Below are positions 62,115-64,000 of a stretch of 64,000 nt of DNA, piece after piece. Positions within the stretch are counted from its first letter, which is position 1, and every line of letters begins with the position of its first letter. The notes beneath the pieces were generated by a model. It was not told the DNA's origin, ran no database searches, and saw only the letters and a program-made list of their open reading frames with translations. The DNA comes from Octopus bimaculoides (taxonomy: Eukaryota): assembly GCF_001194135.2 (NCBI RefSeq), contig NC_068996.1, positions 9,808,483-9,872,482 of the forward strand, written 5' to 3'. The position numbers and the translations under genes were made by a program.

Positions 62115-63841
62115 ATATATTCACACAGAATGAATGCAACTTTTTATCTTTGTGTGATGCAATATTTTATCAGCAATCCTTTGCTGTTATACATCGAGAT
62201 ACACATGCCACACTCACCCATCATCATTATCATCATTATCATTTAATGTCTCTTTCTCTGTGCTGGCATGGGTTGGACAGTTTAAAAGGAACTGGCATGC
62301 CAAGCTCTGATGTTTGCTTCTGCAAGGTTTCTACAGCTGGATGCCCTTCCTAACACCAACCACTTTACAGAGTGGACTGGTTGCTTTTTATGTGGCACTG
62401 GCACTGGTGAGGTCACTTGATCCCCTCAACTGAATGGGGTGTAGTATTGAGGAATGTGAACGTATGATCAAAGGGACAGGAAACAGGTGTGTTGTTGAAG
62501 AACATCATACACAGCTTCCCTATCTGGAAAGAGAGAGAGAGATGTGAGGTCAAGGCTAAAGTGACTGAGACAGAGAGAAATAGGTTAGGGGAACAGAAAA
62601 GGTCGGTTGGTAGGTAAGTGGTAGGTAGTGTGATAGATAGTGTAGTTAAGAAGTTTACTTCCCAACATTGTGGTTTCAAATCCAGTCTTACCCTGTGACA
62701 TGGCAACTTAGGTGTCTTCTGCTATAGCCCCAGGTTGAACAAAGCCCTCTGAGTAGATCTGGTAGACAGAAAGTGAAAGAAATCCACCATAGTATATGTA
62801 TTTGGATGTGTGTGTATATATTTGAGTTTCCTTGTCTTGGCAACACTCAGTATTTGTAAACTTGTATCACTGCTGTACAAGCAGTCTCGTTCCTTTCCAG
62901 TCTTCTGTACAAACATGTCCAGCTGTCAGCAAATATTACCTTGCTTGGAAACAGGTGAGGGTTGGTGACAGGAAGGGCATCCAGCCATATAGAAAATTTG
63001 CCTTAATAGATTTTGTGTGATCCATGCAAGCATGGATGCTAAAATGATGATGGCAATGACAATAGTGTAATGGTATCCTGCACTGTTTCATGTAGTGGGA
63101 TTGAACCTGGAACCTCATGGTTGTGAAGCATACTTCTTGACCACACAGTTATATCTGGGCACAGTGAAACTGTGTAGACTCCCTTTTACTATTTCATTTA
63201 TCTAGAGTGTAGATTTCTGGTAAGGTGTATATCAGTTACAACACCTGTATCTGACAATTTATTATTCATTAAACCAATACAAACTCTTGTCAGCTAAGAT
63301 TGTATCTTTGGATTCACTTGTGTCAATTCTTGGTAGTATTGTTTACTTTCTGCTCTTCATGCCTTCCTGATTTTGATTAAAACAGATTTAAGTTTATGTG
63401 TGTATGAGTACACCTGCTGGGGTACCTGTGTATTTCTTCTACAGCAAAACACCTGTTTGTGTCCCTCTTTCCATGTCTTGTTGCTCTTCACTTTGTACAA
63501 AGTCACTCCTCTCAACACTGCAGCCCCACTCAGTGATTGCAAGCTATTTGGTGACTCAGCTAGTTTTGGTGCCACAAAAAGGTATTGAGTACACTCTGTA
63601 AAGTGGTCGGTGTTAGGAAGGACACTCAACCATAGAAACCCTGCCTGAGCAGACACTGGAGACCAACTCAACTCACAGGCTAGTTGAATCTTGTCAGACC
63701 ATCCAGCTGATACCAGCATGGGACACACGTGACAAATGATGACGATATTGCAAATGAGAGACGTCATCCATTTTGCCCAGCCTATGTACATTTAGGTATA
63801 AAGTTAATAATTAAAACTGATAATTTTTCTTTCTTTTACAG

Positions 63842-64000
63842 GAAGAGCTCGATGTCAAGGTCCTTGTCTTTCAAAACAAGAAACTCTGTGAACGTATTGA
63901 GCAGAGGCGTCTTGCCGAAGATGACCTTCAGCGGCGTGTTGAGCAGCTGGAGGATAGACAACGACATGATGATGCAATGCTGATGATTGTGAACCGTTAT
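63842..64000 (+). CDS. BRE1: Bre1 second coding exon ([53 protein letters not shown]), continues beyond window
   Basis: acceptor tttttctttcttttacag; the peptide matches the Bre1/RNF20 Rad6-binding coiled coil (EELD.+.L..+N+KL.E..+QR...ED+L...+E.LE.RQ..DDA.L.IVNRY). Confidence 0.95.

Overview
AT-rich, microsatellite- and transposon-dense eukaryotic genomic DNA with N gaps. The SINE families and repeat style suggest an octopus/cephalopod draft assembly (inference). None of the supplied ORF calls is a complete gene; the real genes are made of short exons. Manual splice-site reading gives two head-to-head genes. (1) Minus strand: a 15-exon, frame-consistent partial CDS (ATG at 49933, running off the left edge after exon 278-381; 1121 nt, about 373 aa) for an ANKRD27/VARP-like protein with a VPS9 (Rab5/Rab21 GEF) domain. 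(2) Plus strand: the first two coding exons (56159-56263, 63842-64000+) of the histone H2B ubiquitin ligase Bre1 (RNF20/RNF40 family). Introns hold several tRNA-derived SINE families, fragments of CR1/Jockey-like, RTE, R4/Dong-like and Penelope-like retroelements, a mariner-type DNA transposon and MITEs. The most unusual observations are: three clustered foldback MITEs built from head-to-head telomeric (TTAGGG)n/(CCCTAA)n arrays with GGTAA termini and 8-bp target-site duplications (Merlin-like); a near-perfect 394-bp palindrome with a minimal hammerhead-ribozyme core at its apex; and a tRNA-headed SINE whose 3' tail, reconstructed from two copies, carries a Penelope-type minimal hammerhead ribozyme.
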